Positions 28,512 through 38,195 of a DNA stretch of 64,000 nt are shown one piece after another. Source of the DNA: Bacillota bacterium. Its GTDB lineage: Bacteria > Sysuimicrobiota > Sysuimicrobiia > Sysuimicrobiales > Segetimicrobiaceae. The stretch is taken from positions 9,291 through 73,290 of the forward strand of contig JAJPJL010000083.1 of assembly GCA_021324255.1 (NCBI GenBank), in the 5' to 3' direction. The notes beneath the pieces were generated by a model, which saw nothing but the letters and a program-made list of their open reading frames with translations, had not been told where the DNA came from and ran no database searches. How positions within the stretch are numbered: position 1 is the first letter of the stretch; every line of letters begins with the position of its first letter. Made by a program: the position numbers and the translations under genes.

Positions 28512-29267
28512 TTATCGCATCACGGCGCCGCCGTCCACGTTGAGCACCTGGCCGGTGATATAGGACGCGTCGTCGGACACGAGAAAGGCGACGGCCGCCG
28601 CGACCTCGTCGACGCTGCCGGTCCGCCCCATGGGAATGTGGCTCAGCACGCGCGCGCGCTGCTCGTCGGTCAGCGCCGCGGTGAGGCCGGTCTCCACGTA
28701 CCCCGGGGCCACGGCGTTGACCGTGATGCCCCGCGCGGCCACCTCCCACGCGACCGCCTTGGTGAAGCCGATCACCCCGGCCTTCGCCGCGATGTAGTTC
28801 GCCTGGCCCGGGTTGCCGACCTCCGCGACGATGGACGTAATGTTCACAATGCGTCCACGGCGCTGCCGGATCATCTCGCGCAACACCGCGCGCGTGCAAT
28901 AGAAGGTGCCGTGCAGGTTGACGGCCAGGATGTCGTGCCAATCCTCGTCCTTCATGCGCAGGAGCAGGCCGTCCCTGGTCAGCCCCGCGTTGTTGACCAG
29001 CGCGTCGAGGCGGCCGCGCCATTCGAGGGCCTCCGCGCAGAGCTGGCGGCAGGCCTCCGCGGAGGTGACGTCGCCCCGCAGCATGAGGCCCTCGGCCCCC
29101 GCCTGCCGCACGCGCCGCAAGGTCTCCTCGGCCCCGGCGACGTTCCTGGCGTAGTGCGCCACCACGGCGAATCCCGCGCGCGCCAGGCGCTCGGCCACGG
29201 CGCCGCCGATCCCGCCGGACGCGCCGGTCACCAGCGCCACCCGGGTGTCCGTGCTCACCACCCGCAT
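28512..29267 (-). CDS. fabG: 3-oxoacyl-ACP reductase
   Basis: 251 aa. TGASGGIGGA, NNAG, and YIAAKAG (YxxxK). Sits in the fabD-fabG-acpP context. Confidence 0.9.
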   Translation of the reverse strand: MRVVSTDTRVALVTGASGGIGGAVAERLARAGFAVVAHYARNVAGAEETLRRVRQAGAEGLMLRGDVTSAEACRQLCAEALEWRGRLDALVNNAGLTRDGLLLRMKDEDWHDILAVNLHGTFYCTRAVLREMIRQRRGRIVNITSIVAEVGNPGQANYIAAKAGVIGFTKAVAWEVAARGITVNAVAPGYVETGLTAALTDEQRARVLSHIPMGRTGSVDEVAAAVAFLVSDDASYITGQVLNVDGGAVMR

Positions 29268-29289
29268 CGCGGCGGTCGCCCCCGGGTCA

Positions 29290-30261
29290 TCAGCCTCCCT
29301 GGCCCGATCCCGAGGCCCCCGCGGACGCCGCGGTCCCCGCGGGGCGGGCCAGTGCCGCCGCCGTGGCGTCGCATGACGGGAGATCCTCGACGTGCCAAAC
29401 TTCGGCCTTGACGGTGCGCCGGATCATGCCGCCGAGCGTGGTGCCCGGGCCGAACTCGACGAAGCGGGCGACGCCCGCCGCGTGCATCGCGCGCACGGAT
29501 TGCTCCCACAGGACGGGCGAGGCGATCTGCGCCAGGAGCGCGCGGCGGATGTCATCCGCGGCCTGGACCGGGGTCGCGGTCACGTTGGCAAAGACCGGAA
29601 TGCGGGCGTCCCGGATCCGCGCACGCTCGAGATCGCCGGCGAGCCGCTCCGCCGCCGGCCGCATCAGGCTCGTGTGAAACGGCGCGCTGACCGCGAGCGG
29701 CACGGCGCGCCGCGCGCCGAGCGTCATCGCCGTGTCGAGCGCCGCCCGGACGGCGGCCGTGTCCCCGCCGATCACGATCTGGCCGGGACTGTTGAAGTTG
29801 GACGGCTCCACGACGCCGAGATCTCCGTGGCGCCGGCAGATCTCGTGCACGCGGGCGGCGGGCAGACCGATGATGGCCGCCATCATGGTGTCGCGCCCCG
29901 CGCACGCCTCCTGCATGTACTGTCCCCGCAGCCGCACCAGCGTGACGGCGTCCTCCAGGTCGATCGCGCCGGCGCACGCCAGGGCGGCGTACTCCCCGAG
30001 GCTCAGGCCCGCGGCGCAGTCCGCCGCCACGGGAAGCGCGGCCAGGCAGGCCAGGCTGGTCACGAGGATCGCGGGCTGCGTGTTCGCGGTGGCGCGAAGG
30101 GCGTCCTCGGGGCCGTCCGCGCAGAGCGCGAGGAGATCGAAGCCGAGCACGGCCGCGGCGCGCTCGAACACCTCGCGCGCCCCGGCATAGCGCTCCGCCA
30201 CCTCGCGCCCCATGCCGACGTATTGGGCGCCTTGTCCCGGAAAGACGGCGGCGGTGTGCAC
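29290..30261 (-). CDS. fabD: Malonyl CoA-ACP transacylase
   Basis: 323 aa. FPGQGAQYVGMG and active-site GLSLGEYAAL. GTG start. Confidence 0.9.
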   Translation of the reverse strand: MHTAAVFPGQGAQYVGMGREVAERYAGAREVFERAAAVLGFDLLALCADGPEDALRATANTQPAILVTSLACLAALPVAADCAAGLSLGEYAALACAGAIDLEDAVTLVRLRGQYMQEACAGRDTMMAAIIGLPAARVHEICRRHGDLGVVEPSNFNSPGQIVIGGDTAAVRAALDTAMTLGARRAVPLAVSAPFHTSLMRPAAERLAGDLERARIRDARIPVFANVTATPVQAADDIRRALLAQIASPVLWEQSVRAMHAAGVARFVEFGPGTTLGGMIRRTVKAEVWHVEDLPSCDATAAALARPAGTAASAGASGSGQGG

Positions 30262-30300
30262 CCGCTACGCCGGCCCGCGCTCGCGCGCCGCGGTGCGCAT

Positions 30301-31341
30301 CTATTTGACGGGGACGCCCTGGGGCGTCCCTGATTCGGCGAGCCGTCCGGCGGCGTCATGGATGGCGTCCACCATGCGAGCGCGCACGGACTCGGCCGCG
30401 AGCGCCACCGCATTGCGGATCGCCTTGGCGCGCGAGCTGCCGTGACTGATGATGCACACGCCGTTGACGCCGAGCAGCGGCGCCCCGCCGTACTCCGTGT
30501 AGTCCATGCGCCGCTTCACCGTGCGCAGCGCCCTCGATGCGAGCGCGGCGCCCAACCGGGCCCGCAGGCCCCGGGACAGCTCGTCGCGCAGCAGCGCGAA
30601 GATCCCCAGGGCCAGCCCCTCGCCGAACTTCAGCACGAGGTTGCCGACGAACCCGTCGCAGACGACGACGTCCGCGGCCCCCTCGAAGAACTCCCGGCCC
30701 TCCACGTTGCCGATGAAGCGCAGCCCCGACTGCCGCAGCAGTTCCGCCGCGCGGATGACGAGATCGTTGCCCTTGGTGTCCTCGGTGCCGTTGCTGAGCA
30801 CGCCCACACGCGGCTCCCGGATGCCGAGCACGCGCGCGTAGACGGCGCCCATGGCGGCAAACTGCACGAGGTGCTTGGGCCGGCAGTCGACGTTGGCGCC
30901 CACGTCCACCAGGATCGCGCGGCCGCGCGTGGTGGGCAGCGCCGCCGCGATCGCCGGGCGATCGACGCCGTCCACCCGGCCGAGCCCGAACAGGGCCGCC
31001 GCCATCGCCGCGCCGGTGTTGCCCGCGCTGACCATCGCGTCGGCCTCGCCGCGGCGCACGAGGTCGATCGCCACCGGAATCGACGCGCGCCGCTTGCGGC
31101 GGAGCGCCATGGCCGGCGCTTCCGCCATCTCGATCACCTCGGGGGCGTCCTCAATGCGGATGCCGGGCCCGCCGCCCGCGCGGCGCAGCTCTTCCTCCAC
31201 CACGCGGGCCCGCCCGACGAGGATGACCTGGGCGCCGAGCGCACCCGCCGCCTGGACCGCGCCCGCGACGACCTCGCGCGGCGCGTGGTCGCCGCCCATC
31301 GCGTCGACGGCCACCCGGAGGCCGGCCGGGGCGCGATTCAT
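30301..31341 (-). CDS. plsX: Phosphate acyltransferase PlsX
   Basis: Within ORF 30301..32229. ATG 31341 chosen (MNRAPAGLRVAVDAMGGDHAP...). Sits in the rpmF-plsX-fabD context. Confidence 0.9.
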   Translation of the reverse strand: MNRAPAGLRVAVDAMGGDHAPREVVAGAVQAAGALGAQVILVGRARVVEEELRRAGGGPGIRIEDAPEVIEMAEAPAMALRRKRRASIPVAIDLVRRGEADAMVSAGNTGAAMAAALFGLGRVDGVDRPAIAAALPTTRGRAILVDVGANVDCRPKHLVQFAAMGAVYARVLGIREPRVGVLSNGTEDTKGNDLVIRAAELLRQSGLRFIGNVEGREFFEGAADVVVCDGFVGNLVLKFGEGLALGIFALLRDELSRGLRARLGAALASRALRTVKRRMDYTEYGGAPLLGVNGVCIISHGSSRAKAIRNAVALAAESVRARMVDAIHDAAGRLAESGTPQGVPVK

Positions 31342-31400
31342 CGCCGCGTGGATCCCGCGGGGGCCGACGGTACGCTCCGCAGCACGCGGCCGGCGCCCAT

Positions 31401-31601
31401 CTACGTGGCGGCCTTCTCCTCCGGCTCGCGCACCTCGATGACTTGCCGTCCGGCGTACGTCCCGCAGCTCGGGCACACCCGATGCGGCACCATCGGCTCG
31501 TGGCACTTGGGGCAGCGTACGAGCGTCACCGCGTGCGCCTTGAAGTGGGCCCGGCGCTTCGCCGTCCGCGACTTGCTGAACCGCCGCTTTGTCAGTCCCA
31601 T
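31401..31601 (-). CDS. rpmF: 50S ribosomal protein L32 (Zn-ribbon C+ form)
   Basis: 66 aa. SKSRTAKRRAHFK and CPKC...CPSC. Confidence 0.9.
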   Translation of the reverse strand: MGLTKRRFSKSRTAKRRAHFKAHAVTLVRCPKCHEPMVPHRVCPSCGTYAGRQVIEVREPEEKAAT

Positions 31602-31604
31602 GGA

Positions 31605-32186
31605 TCACGTCCCTCCTCGGCGCCGATGCCCGTCCGGGATCCGCGCCGTGCGGGCGCCGCCCGGCGCCGGCTCCTCGGCCCAGCGCCGCAGCGCGTCGAA
31701 GCGCGGGTCGATCTCCTGCGTGTCGCACGCGCAGCCGCCGGCGTTGCGATCGGCGCCGCACCGAGGGCAGAGTCCCCGGCAGTCCGGCGTGCAGCGCGGC
31801 GCGATCGGGAGCGCAAGCGCGAGGTGCTGCCGCACCAGCTCGGTCAGATCGATCACGTCGTCCGCGCTGATCGCGGCGATGAAATCCTGCGGTGTCAGCG
31901 CCTGCTCGCCGGCGGCCTCGACCTGGCCGGTCGGGCGGGCGAACTCCTCGTCGATGTCGACCTCGAGCGTCTGCGAAAACCCGCGAAGACATGCGCCGCA
32001 GACGAGGCCCGCGGTGGCGGCGACACGGCCCCGGACCTGCACCGTCGCCCCGGTCCCGCGCAACGTGAACTCCCCCGCGACCGGCCCGGCCGGCACGACG
32101 TCGTCCGAGAGCGGCGCGACCATCTCGCAAAACGCCACGACGCGCGTGCCGCCCGCGGTGAGCAGGTCGCCAACGTAGGCGCGCAC
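31605..32186 (-). CDS. yceD: DUF177 protein (YceD family)
   Basis: 193 aa, directly upstream of rpmF. Cys cluster CTPDCRGLCPRCG and C-terminal DPRFDAL are typical of YceD. Confidence 0.8.
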   Translation of the reverse strand: MRAYVGDLLTAGGTRVVAFCEMVAPLSDDVVPAGPVAGEFTLRGTGATVQVRGRVAATAGLVCGACLRGFSQTLEVDIDEEFARPTGQVEAAGEQALTPQDFIAAISADDVIDLTELVRQHLALALPIAPRCTPDCRGLCPRCGADRNAGGCACDTQEIDPRFDALRRWAEEPAPGGARTARIPDGHRRRGGT

Positions 32187-32238
32187 GGCCCCACCTCACG
32201 CCGCGTGCCCGGGGGTAGCACCCGGGCACACCGGCTCA

Positions 32239-32757
32239 TTATACGGACGCCATTTTCTCATTGTCAAGGCGGCCGGGCGCCGCGCTCGGGCCCGTGCCGT
32301 TGCGGTCTCCCAGGATCGCTTTGCTGCGCTTGATCGTGGACAGCACGCGCGATACCTCGGCGTCGAGGCGCTCAAAGACCTTGAGCGCGTAGAGATCCGC
32401 CTGGCGCCGCACGTCCTCGGCCTCCCGGGCCGCTTCCTCCCGCAGCGTCTGCGCCTCCAGCTCCGCTCCCCGCACGACCTCCGCGTCCACGCCGCCGCGG
32501 GCGCGCTCCTGCGCCTCGAGCACGATGCGCCGCGCCTCGTCCTGCGCCCGGCGCAGCACCGCCTCCGCCTCGCTCTGCACCTGCTGCGCCCGGGCCGCGC
32601 CTTGCGTCACCAGCGTGCGCAGATGCGTGATCAGCCGGCGCGCCTCGTCGAGGCGGGACCGCCGGCCGAAGATGGAACTGCCCGATTCCAGCAACGCTTC
32701 CAACCGGTCGAGACACTCGGCCGCGCTCCGGGGGGACGGGGTGCCTGGAGACGTCAT
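32239..32757 (-). CDS. Coiled-coil hypothetical protein (ATP-synthase-b/E-like heptads)
   Basis: 172 aa, rich in A/E/R with heptad character (EAEAVLRRAQDEARRIVLEAQERAR). ATGA overlap with the coaD stop places it in the coaD-yceD-rpmF operon. Confidence 0.55.
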   Translation of the reverse strand: MTSPGTPSPRSAAECLDRLEALLESGSSIFGRRSRLDEARRLITHLRTLVTQGAARAQQVQSEAEAVLRRAQDEARRIVLEAQERARGGVDAEVVRGAELEAQTLREEAAREAEDVRRQADLYALKVFERLDAEVSRVLSTIKRSKAILGDRNGTGPSAAPGRLDNEKMASV

Positions 32758-33260
32758 GCATCCTCACCTCGCGTGTCAAGATGGGTCCGGCGCAGGCGCC
32801 GCGCGACGCCGGCCGGGACGAGGCCCGCGACGGACCCGCCGAAGGCCGCCACTTCCCGAATGAGCGTGGAGCTGAGATAGGCCAGTTCCGGGCTCGTCAT
32901 CATAAAGACGGTCTCGATCCGCGGGCTCAGCCGTTTGTTCATGGCCGCCATCTTCAACTCATATTCAAAATCCATCATCGCGCGCAGGCCGCGCACGATC
33001 ACCCGGGCGCCCACGCGCCGGGCAAAGTCGACCGTCAGGCCGTCGAACGGGCGGACGTCGATACCCGGATGCCGCGCCACCGCGGCGCGGATCATCGCCG
33101 CGCGCGCGTCCGCGGGAAACAACGTCTTCTTTTCGATATTCGTCAGCACCCCCACGATGACCCGCCCGAAGATCTGGCGGGCGCGCACGATAATGTCGAG
33201 GTGCCCGTTGTGGACGGGGTCGAACGTCCCGGGGTAGAGCGCCGTCTGCCCGCGCGCCAT
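32754..33260 (-). CDS. coaD: Phosphopantetheine adenylyltransferase
   Basis: C-terminal part of ORF 32754..34979. ATG 33260 (ATGA overlap with the rsmD stop). Motif YPGTFDPVHNGHLDI. Confidence 0.9.
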   Translation of the reverse strand: MARGQTALYPGTFDPVHNGHLDIIVRARQIFGRVIVGVLTNIEKKTLFPADARAAMIRAAVARHPGIDVRPFDGLTVDFARRVGARVIVRGLRAMMDFEYELKMAAMNKRLSPRIETVFMMTSPELAYLSSTLIREVAAFGGSVAGLVPAGVARRLRRTHLDTRGEDA

Positions 33261-33817
33261 CACGCGCCGTCCGGCTTGTAGAACCACACGCCGGTCTCGC
33301 CGTACCGAGCGCTCCGGGTCCGCCGCAACCCCGCGACCTCGCCGGGATCGTCGCGCCAGTGCCCTTCCACCACCGCGACGGCCCCGGGCGCCAGCACCCC
33401 GGCCGCCGCGAGCGCGCGGAGCGCGCGCTGCTGCAGCCCGTGGCCGTAGGGCGGATCCAGGAGCACCACGTCGAAGCGCGCGCCCTCCCGGCCGAGTGCC
33501 GCGACGTCGGCGAGCGCATTGGCCCGGCGCACCGTTCCGGGCGCCGCGAGGCGCGCAGCGCGCAGGTTGTCGCGGATCACCGCCGCGTTCCGGGGATCGC
33601 GCTCGACAAACACGGCCGACGCCGCGCCGCGGCTGAGGGCCTCGATCCCCAGCGCCCCGGTCCCCGCGAACAGATCCAGCACGCGCGCGCCGGAGAGGCG
33701 CGCGCCGAGCGCGTTGAACATCGCGTCCTTGACCATGCCCGACGTCGGCCGCGTCGTGCCGGCTCGGGTGGCCGCGCGGAGCCGCGCCCCCTTGGCCGCG
33801 CCCGCGACGACGCGCAC
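33260..33817 (-). CDS. rsmD: 16S rRNA (guanine966-N2)-methyltransferase
   Basis: 185 aa. LDLFAGTGALGIEALSRG and LLDPPY. GTG start directly after the recG stop. Confidence 0.85.
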   Translation of the reverse strand: MRVVAGAAKGARLRAATRAGTTRPTSGMVKDAMFNALGARLSGARVLDLFAGTGALGIEALSRGAASAVFVERDPRNAAVIRDNLRAARLAAPGTVRRANALADVAALGREGARFDVVLLDPPYGHGLQQRALRALAAAGVLAPGAVAVVEGHWRDDPGEVAGLRRTRSARYGETGVWFYKPDGA

Positions 33818-35995
33818 CTAGCCGACCCTCGCGTTCTCGGGGCGCGCCCCCGCGAAGCGGGCGTGCAGCGCCGCGGCGATGGGACGGTGCTCGGCGCGCT
33901 CCAGATCGGGGTCCCCTTCGAGCAGGTCCGCGGCGTCGCGCCGCGCCCGCTCCAGCCACTCGCGGTCGCGCAGCAGGTCGGCGACGCGCAGCTCGCCGAA
34001 CCCGTGCTGCCGGCGGTGCCCCAGGAGCTCGCCGACGCCCCGCAGTTCGAGATCCTTCTGCGCGATGCGGAAGCCGTCGGTGGTGGCCTCCATCGCCGCC
34101 AGGCGGGCCTGGCCCTCCTCGGTCCGGGGCTCGCCGATGAGGATGCACCGCGATGGCTGTGCGCCGCGTCCCACCCGGCCCCGAAGCTGGTGGAGTTGGG
34201 ACAACCCAAACCGGTCCGCGTCCTCGATCACCATCACGGTCGCGTTCGGCACGTCGATGCCGACCTCGATCACCGTGGTCGCGACGAGCACCTGGGTCTC
34301 GCCCTCCCGCAGCGCGCGCATCGCCCGATCGCGCTCGTCGACCCTCATGCGCCCGTGCAGCACGCCGACGCGCACGTCCCGGAACACCGACTCCGCGAGG
34401 CGCGTCGCGAGCGCGGTCGCCGCCTCCGCCTGCAGTTTGTCGGACTCCTCGATCAGGGGGCAGACGATGTAGGCCTGCCGTCCGGCCGCGACCTCGCCGC
34501 GTACCCACTGGTAGATCCGCGGGCGCTGCGCCGGCGCGCGGACGTAAGTCTGGATCGGCGAGCGCCCCGGCGGCAGCTCGTCCAGGATCGACACGTCGAG
34601 GTCGCCGTACAGGCTCAGCGCGAGCGTCCGCGGGATGGGCGTCGCCGTCATCACCAGCACGTCCGGGTGCTCGCCTTTGTACCGCAACGCCGCGCGCTGT
34701 GACACGCCGAACCGGTGCTGCTCGTCCACGACCACGAGGCCGAGGCGGTGAAACTCGACGCCGCCCTCGATGAGCGCGTGGGTGCCGACGACCACGTCCG
34801 CCCGGCCCTCGCGCGCCGCGCCCAGCGCTTCGTCGCGCGCCGCCCGGCTCAGGCCGCCCACGAGCAACGTGACCGTGAGCCCCATCGGGGCGAGCAGGTT
34901 GCGGAGCGTCAGATAATGCTGGCCCGCGAGGATCTCCGTGGGCGCCATGAGCGCCCCCTGCGCGCCGCCGCCGGCGCACCGCAGCAGCGCGGTCGCGGCG
35001 ACGACGGTCTTGCCGGAGCCGACGTCGCCCTGCAGCAGACGGTTCATCGGGTGCGGCCGGTCCATGTCCCGCAGGATCTCCGTGATGACGCGATACTGCG
35101 CGCCGGTGAGCGTGTACGGAAGCGCGCCGTGAAATCGCGCGACCAGCTCGCGGGCATCCCCGTACCGCAGGCCGCGCGGGGACGCGGCCCGCGCGGCTTT
35201 TTGCCGCAGGAGCAGCAGCTGCAAGAGGAGGAGCTCCTCATACACGAGCCGGTTCCGCGCGGCCCGGTACTCCTCCAGGGTCTCGGGAAAGTGGGCCTGC
35301 CGGATGGCGCGGCGGAGCTCGGGCAGCCGGTGCCGGTCGCGAAGCTCGGCCGGCAGCCACTCGCGGAGTCCGCCGGCGTGGTCGTCCAGCGCCCGGGCGA
35401 CGATCGACCGCATGACGCGCTGGCTCAGGCCCTCGGTGCCCGGGTACACGGGGACGATACGCCCGACGTGGAGGCTCTCCTCGCCCTCCTCGATGGCCTC
35501 GAACTCCGGCGCGGCCATCTGGATCTCGCCGGCCTGGCGTTGGACGCGCCCGTGCAGCACCACGCGCGTCCCGGGGGTCAGCTGCCGCGCGATGTACGGC
35601 TGGTTGTACCAGACCGCGTGCAGGATGCCCGAGCCATCGGTGACGGCGGCCTTGATGATCACCAAGCGCCGCCGGCGCGGCCGGAACTGCCGGATCCGAA
35701 CCACGGTGCCTTGGACCGTCTCCAACGCGCCGTGCGCCACATCGTAGATGCGGCGGAGCCGGCTCCGGTCTTCGACGCGGCGGGGCAACCGGTAGAGCAG
35801 ATCGGAGACGGTGGCGATCCCCAGGCGGTCCTCGAGCAGCCGCGCCCGCGCCGGGCCCACCCCTCGCGCGTACTGCACCGCGGACGTCAAGCCGGCCGCG
35901 GCCGGCCCGGTGTCGTCGCAGGGCCGCACCGGAACCGCGGCGAGCGCACGCGGGGCGCCGTCGCGCGGTGGGGGATCCCGCCGGATATTCGCCAT
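33818..35995 (-). CDS. recG: ATP-dependent DNA helicase RecG
   Basis: Within ORF 33818..36199. ATG 35995 chosen. Wedge-domain region, [27 protein letters not shown]. Confidence 0.9.
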   Translation of the reverse strand: MANIRRDPPPRDGAPRALAAVPVRPCDDTGPAAAGLTSAVQYARGVGPARARLLEDRLGIATVSDLLYRLPRRVEDRSRLRRIYDVAHGALETVQGTVVRIRQFRPRRRRLVIIKAAVTDGSGILHAVWYNQPYIARQLTPGTRVVLHGRVQRQAGEIQMAAPEFEAIEEGEESLHVGRIVPVYPGTEGLSQRVMRSIVARALDDHAGGLREWLPAELRDRHRLPELRRAIRQAHFPETLEEYRAARNRLVYEELLLLQLLLLRQKAARAASPRGLRYGDARELVARFHGALPYTLTGAQYRVITEILRDMDRPHPMNRLLQGDVGSGKTVVAATALLRCAGGGAQGALMAPTEILAGQHYLTLRNLLAPMGLTVTLLVGGLSRAARDEALGAAREGRADVVVGTHALIEGGVEFHRLGLVVVDEQHRFGVSQRAALRYKGEHPDVLVMTATPIPRTLALSLYGDLDVSILDELPPGRSPIQTYVRAPAQRPRIYQWVRGEVAAGRQAYIVCPLIEESDKLQAEAATALATRLAESVFRDVRVGVLHGRMRVDERDRAMRALREGETQVLVATTVIEVGIDVPNATVMVIEDADRFGLSQLHQLRGRVGRGAQPSRCILIGEPRTEEGQARLAAMEATTDGFRIAQKDLELRGVGELLGHRRQHGFGELRVADLLRDREWLERARRDAADLLEGDPDLERAEHRPIAAALHARFAGARPENARVG

Positions 35996-36152
35996 GGCGC
36001 GCCTCCTGCGTCCGAGCACTGCGGTGGTCGCCCGGGGCGTCCCCGGCCGGATGCGCATGACCGCCCACGCATTTCTACGCGCGTTCGGTTGCCCCTGCTC
36101 GCCGCCGTATGGTACACTGATCCGCGGCCGTTCGAGCGGGAGGGTGTGGCAC

Positions 36153-36344
36153 ATGGCGCGTCGCTGTGCGGTGTGCGGCAAGTCGCCGAGCACCGGCAAT
36201 TTCGTCAGTCACTCACACCACAAGACCAAGCGGCGGTTCCTGCCGAACCTGCAGCGCATCCGCGTCGTCGTCGGCGGCGTCCCGCGGCGGGCGTTCGTGT
36301 GCACCGCATGCGTGAAGGCCGGCAAGGTGCGCCGGACGGCCTGA
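36153..36344 (+). CDS. rpmB: 50S ribosomal protein L28
   Basis: C-terminal 63 aa of ORF 35811..36344. ATG 36153 is preceded by GGGAGGGTG. Sequence [34 protein letters not shown]. Confidence 0.9.
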   Translation: MARRCAVCGKSPSTGNFVSHSHHKTKRRFLPNLQRIRVVVGGVPRRAFVCTACVKAGKVRRTA

Positions 36345-36346
36345 GA

Positions 36347-36362
36347 GGGCCCCGCCGGGCCC
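36347..36362. terminator. Short GC hairpin between convergent rpmB and hslO
   Basis: GGGCCC-cgcc-GGGCCC (6-bp stem, 4-nt loop) 3 nt after the rpmB stop. No U-tract. Confidence 0.3.
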
Positions 36363-36364
36363 GG

Positions 36365-37270
36365 TCACATGAGCGGCGTCGTCCCGCTCCCGAGCTTCGC
36401 GATCATCCCCTCGAGTTCGTCCCCGGTCAGCACGTAGCGGTCGCCGCAGAACCGGCACGTCACCTCGGCGCGGCCCTCCTGGACGAGCAGCGCTTCCAAC
36501 TCGGTCCGCCCCAGCGTGAGGAGCATCTCTTCGACCCGCTGCCGCGTGCACCCGCAGTGAAACCGGACGGGGCTGACCTCGCCGAACGCCGGCTCCCATC
36601 CGCCGAGCGCCGTGGCGAGGATCTCCTCCGCTGTGTGGCCGGTAGCCACCAACTGCGTAATCGGCGGCATGCGACGCGCCCGCGCCTCGAGATCCGCAAC
36701 CACCTCCGCGGACGCGCCCGGCAAGGCCTGCACGCACAGCCCGCCCGCGGCGATGACGTGGAGGTCGGGCCCCACGAGAACCCCGAGCGCCACGACCGAC
36801 GGCACCTGTTCCGAACGGACGAGGTACGCGGCGAGGTCCTCGGCGATCTCGCCGGAGACGAGCGGCACGGACCCGTGGTAGGGGCTGCGCAACCCCACGT
36901 CGCGCGTGACGTGGAGCGTGCCCTGTTTGCCGACGAGACCGCCCACGTCGAGCTTGTGCGCCGGCGTCACCGGCAGGTCGGCCTGGGGATTCACGGCATA
37001 CCCGCGAAGCCGCCCCCGGGCGTCGGCCTGCGCGACGATGGCGCCGATCGGTCCATCGCCGAGCACCCGCAACAGTACCGACCCGCCGTCCTTGAGACCC
37101 GCCCCCAGCAGGGCGGCCGCCGTCAAGCTTCGTCCGATCGCCGCGGTCGCCGTCGCCGAGGCCGTGTGCCGGATGCGGGCGTCCTCCACCGTCTGCGTCG
37201 TGACGGTCGCGACCGCGCGGATCTGCTCGCCCGCGGCGGTCCCGCGAATCATGTAGTCGCCTCTCGGCAT
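36365..37270 (-). CDS. hslO: Redox-regulated chaperone Hsp33
   Basis: Within ORF 36365..37423. ATG 37270 chosen (MPRGDYMIRG...; DY-hydrophobic N-terminus as in other Hsp33); ATG 37282 is the alternative. Zn site CGC...CRFCG at the C-terminus. Confidence 0.85.
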   Translation of the reverse strand: MPRGDYMIRGTAAGEQIRAVATVTTQTVEDARIRHTASATATAAIGRSLTAAALLGAGLKDGGSVLLRVLGDGPIGAIVAQADARGRLRGYAVNPQADLPVTPAHKLDVGGLVGKQGTLHVTRDVGLRSPYHGSVPLVSGEIAEDLAAYLVRSEQVPSVVALGVLVGPDLHVIAAGGLCVQALPGASAEVVADLEARARRMPPITQLVATGHTAEEILATALGGWEPAFGEVSPVRFHCGCTRQRVEEMLLTLGRTELEALLVQEGRAEVTCRFCGDRYVLTGDELEGMIAKLGSGTTPLM

Positions 37271-37271
37271 C

Positions 37272-38099
37272 TCAGCGTTCATGCGCATCCTTTCGCTCGC
37301 CGCCGGCCGGTGCGTCCAGGCCGCCCAGCGGATTGGCCGGGCCGTGGCCGTGGCCGAGCGGCAGCGCCCGCTCGATCGCGCGCGTGACAAACCGTTTCGC
37401 GCCCCGCACGGCCTCCACGGCATCCGCGCCGCGCGCGAGCTGCGCGGTGATCGCCGCCGAAAATACGCATCCCGTGCCGTGCGTGTGCGGCGTGGTCACG
37501 CGCGGCGCCTCGAGCCGCTCGATGGCGCGGCCGTCGTACAGGACGTCCACCGCCGCCTCCGGCAGGTGGCCCCCTTTGACGACCACGTACCGGGGACCGA
37601 GATCGCGGAGCGCGCGGGCCGCCGCTTCCATCTCGTCGATCGTCCGGACCTCGCGGCCCACGAGCGCCTGCGCCTCGTGCAGGTTGGGCGTCACGATGAG
37701 CGCGAGCGGGAGCAGATCCCGCCGCAGGGCCTCCATCGCCTCGGGCCGGAGCAACGCGGCCCCGCTCTTGGCGATCATCACGGGATCGATCACGAGCGCC
37801 CGGAGCGCGTGCCGGCGGATCCCGGCCGCCACGGCGTGAATGATCGCCGCGTTGGCGAGCATCCCGGTCTTCGCGGCGTCTACCCCGATGTCGCCCACGA
37901 CCGCATCGATCTGCGCCGCGACGATGTCCGGGGCGATCTCCGCCACGGCGGTCACCGCCGTCGTGTTCTGGGCGGTGACCGCCGTGATGGCCGTCATGCC
38001 GTACACACCAAAGACGCTGAACGTCTTGAGGTCCGCCTGTATGCCCGCGCCGCCGCCCGAGTCGGACCCGGCGATCGACAGGGCGCGCGGTATGTGCAT
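37272..38099 (-). CDS. thiD: Hydroxymethylpyrimidine/phosphomethylpyrimidine kinase
   Basis: Within ORF 37272..38186. ATG 38099 chosen. Motif LSIAGSDSGGGAGIQADLKTF. Confidence 0.9.
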   Translation of the reverse strand: MHIPRALSIAGSDSGGGAGIQADLKTFSVFGVYGMTAITAVTAQNTTAVTAVAEIAPDIVAAQIDAVVGDIGVDAAKTGMLANAAIIHAVAAGIRRHALRALVIDPVMIAKSGAALLRPEAMEALRRDLLPLALIVTPNLHEAQALVGREVRTIDEMEAAARALRDLGPRYVVVKGGHLPEAAVDVLYDGRAIERLEAPRVTTPHTHGTGCVFSAAITAQLARGADAVEAVRGAKRFVTRAIERALPLGHGHGPANPLGGLDAPAGGERKDAHER

Positions 38100-38195
38100 G
38101 GGACCTCCTTGTGCCGTGGCACGTCGTCGATGTCCGTCAAGGGCGCGCGGCACGTCCGTCTGGCCGGACCCGCGTGGCAATCTCACGGCCCCGCG

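Noticed and set aside
30301-32229. N-terminal extensions in the ORF track that fuse real genes to upstream junk or read through neighbouring genes. Examples: 30301..32229 (plsX), 32754..34979 (coaD), 18818..21247, 21342..23372, 42978..44588, 60480..61811, 13589..16399, 1935..3674.
   Set aside because: The conserved family N-termini begin at internal ATG/GTG codons that coincide with ATGA/GTGA overlaps or SD sequences. The extensions overlap well-supported upstream genes in another frame.
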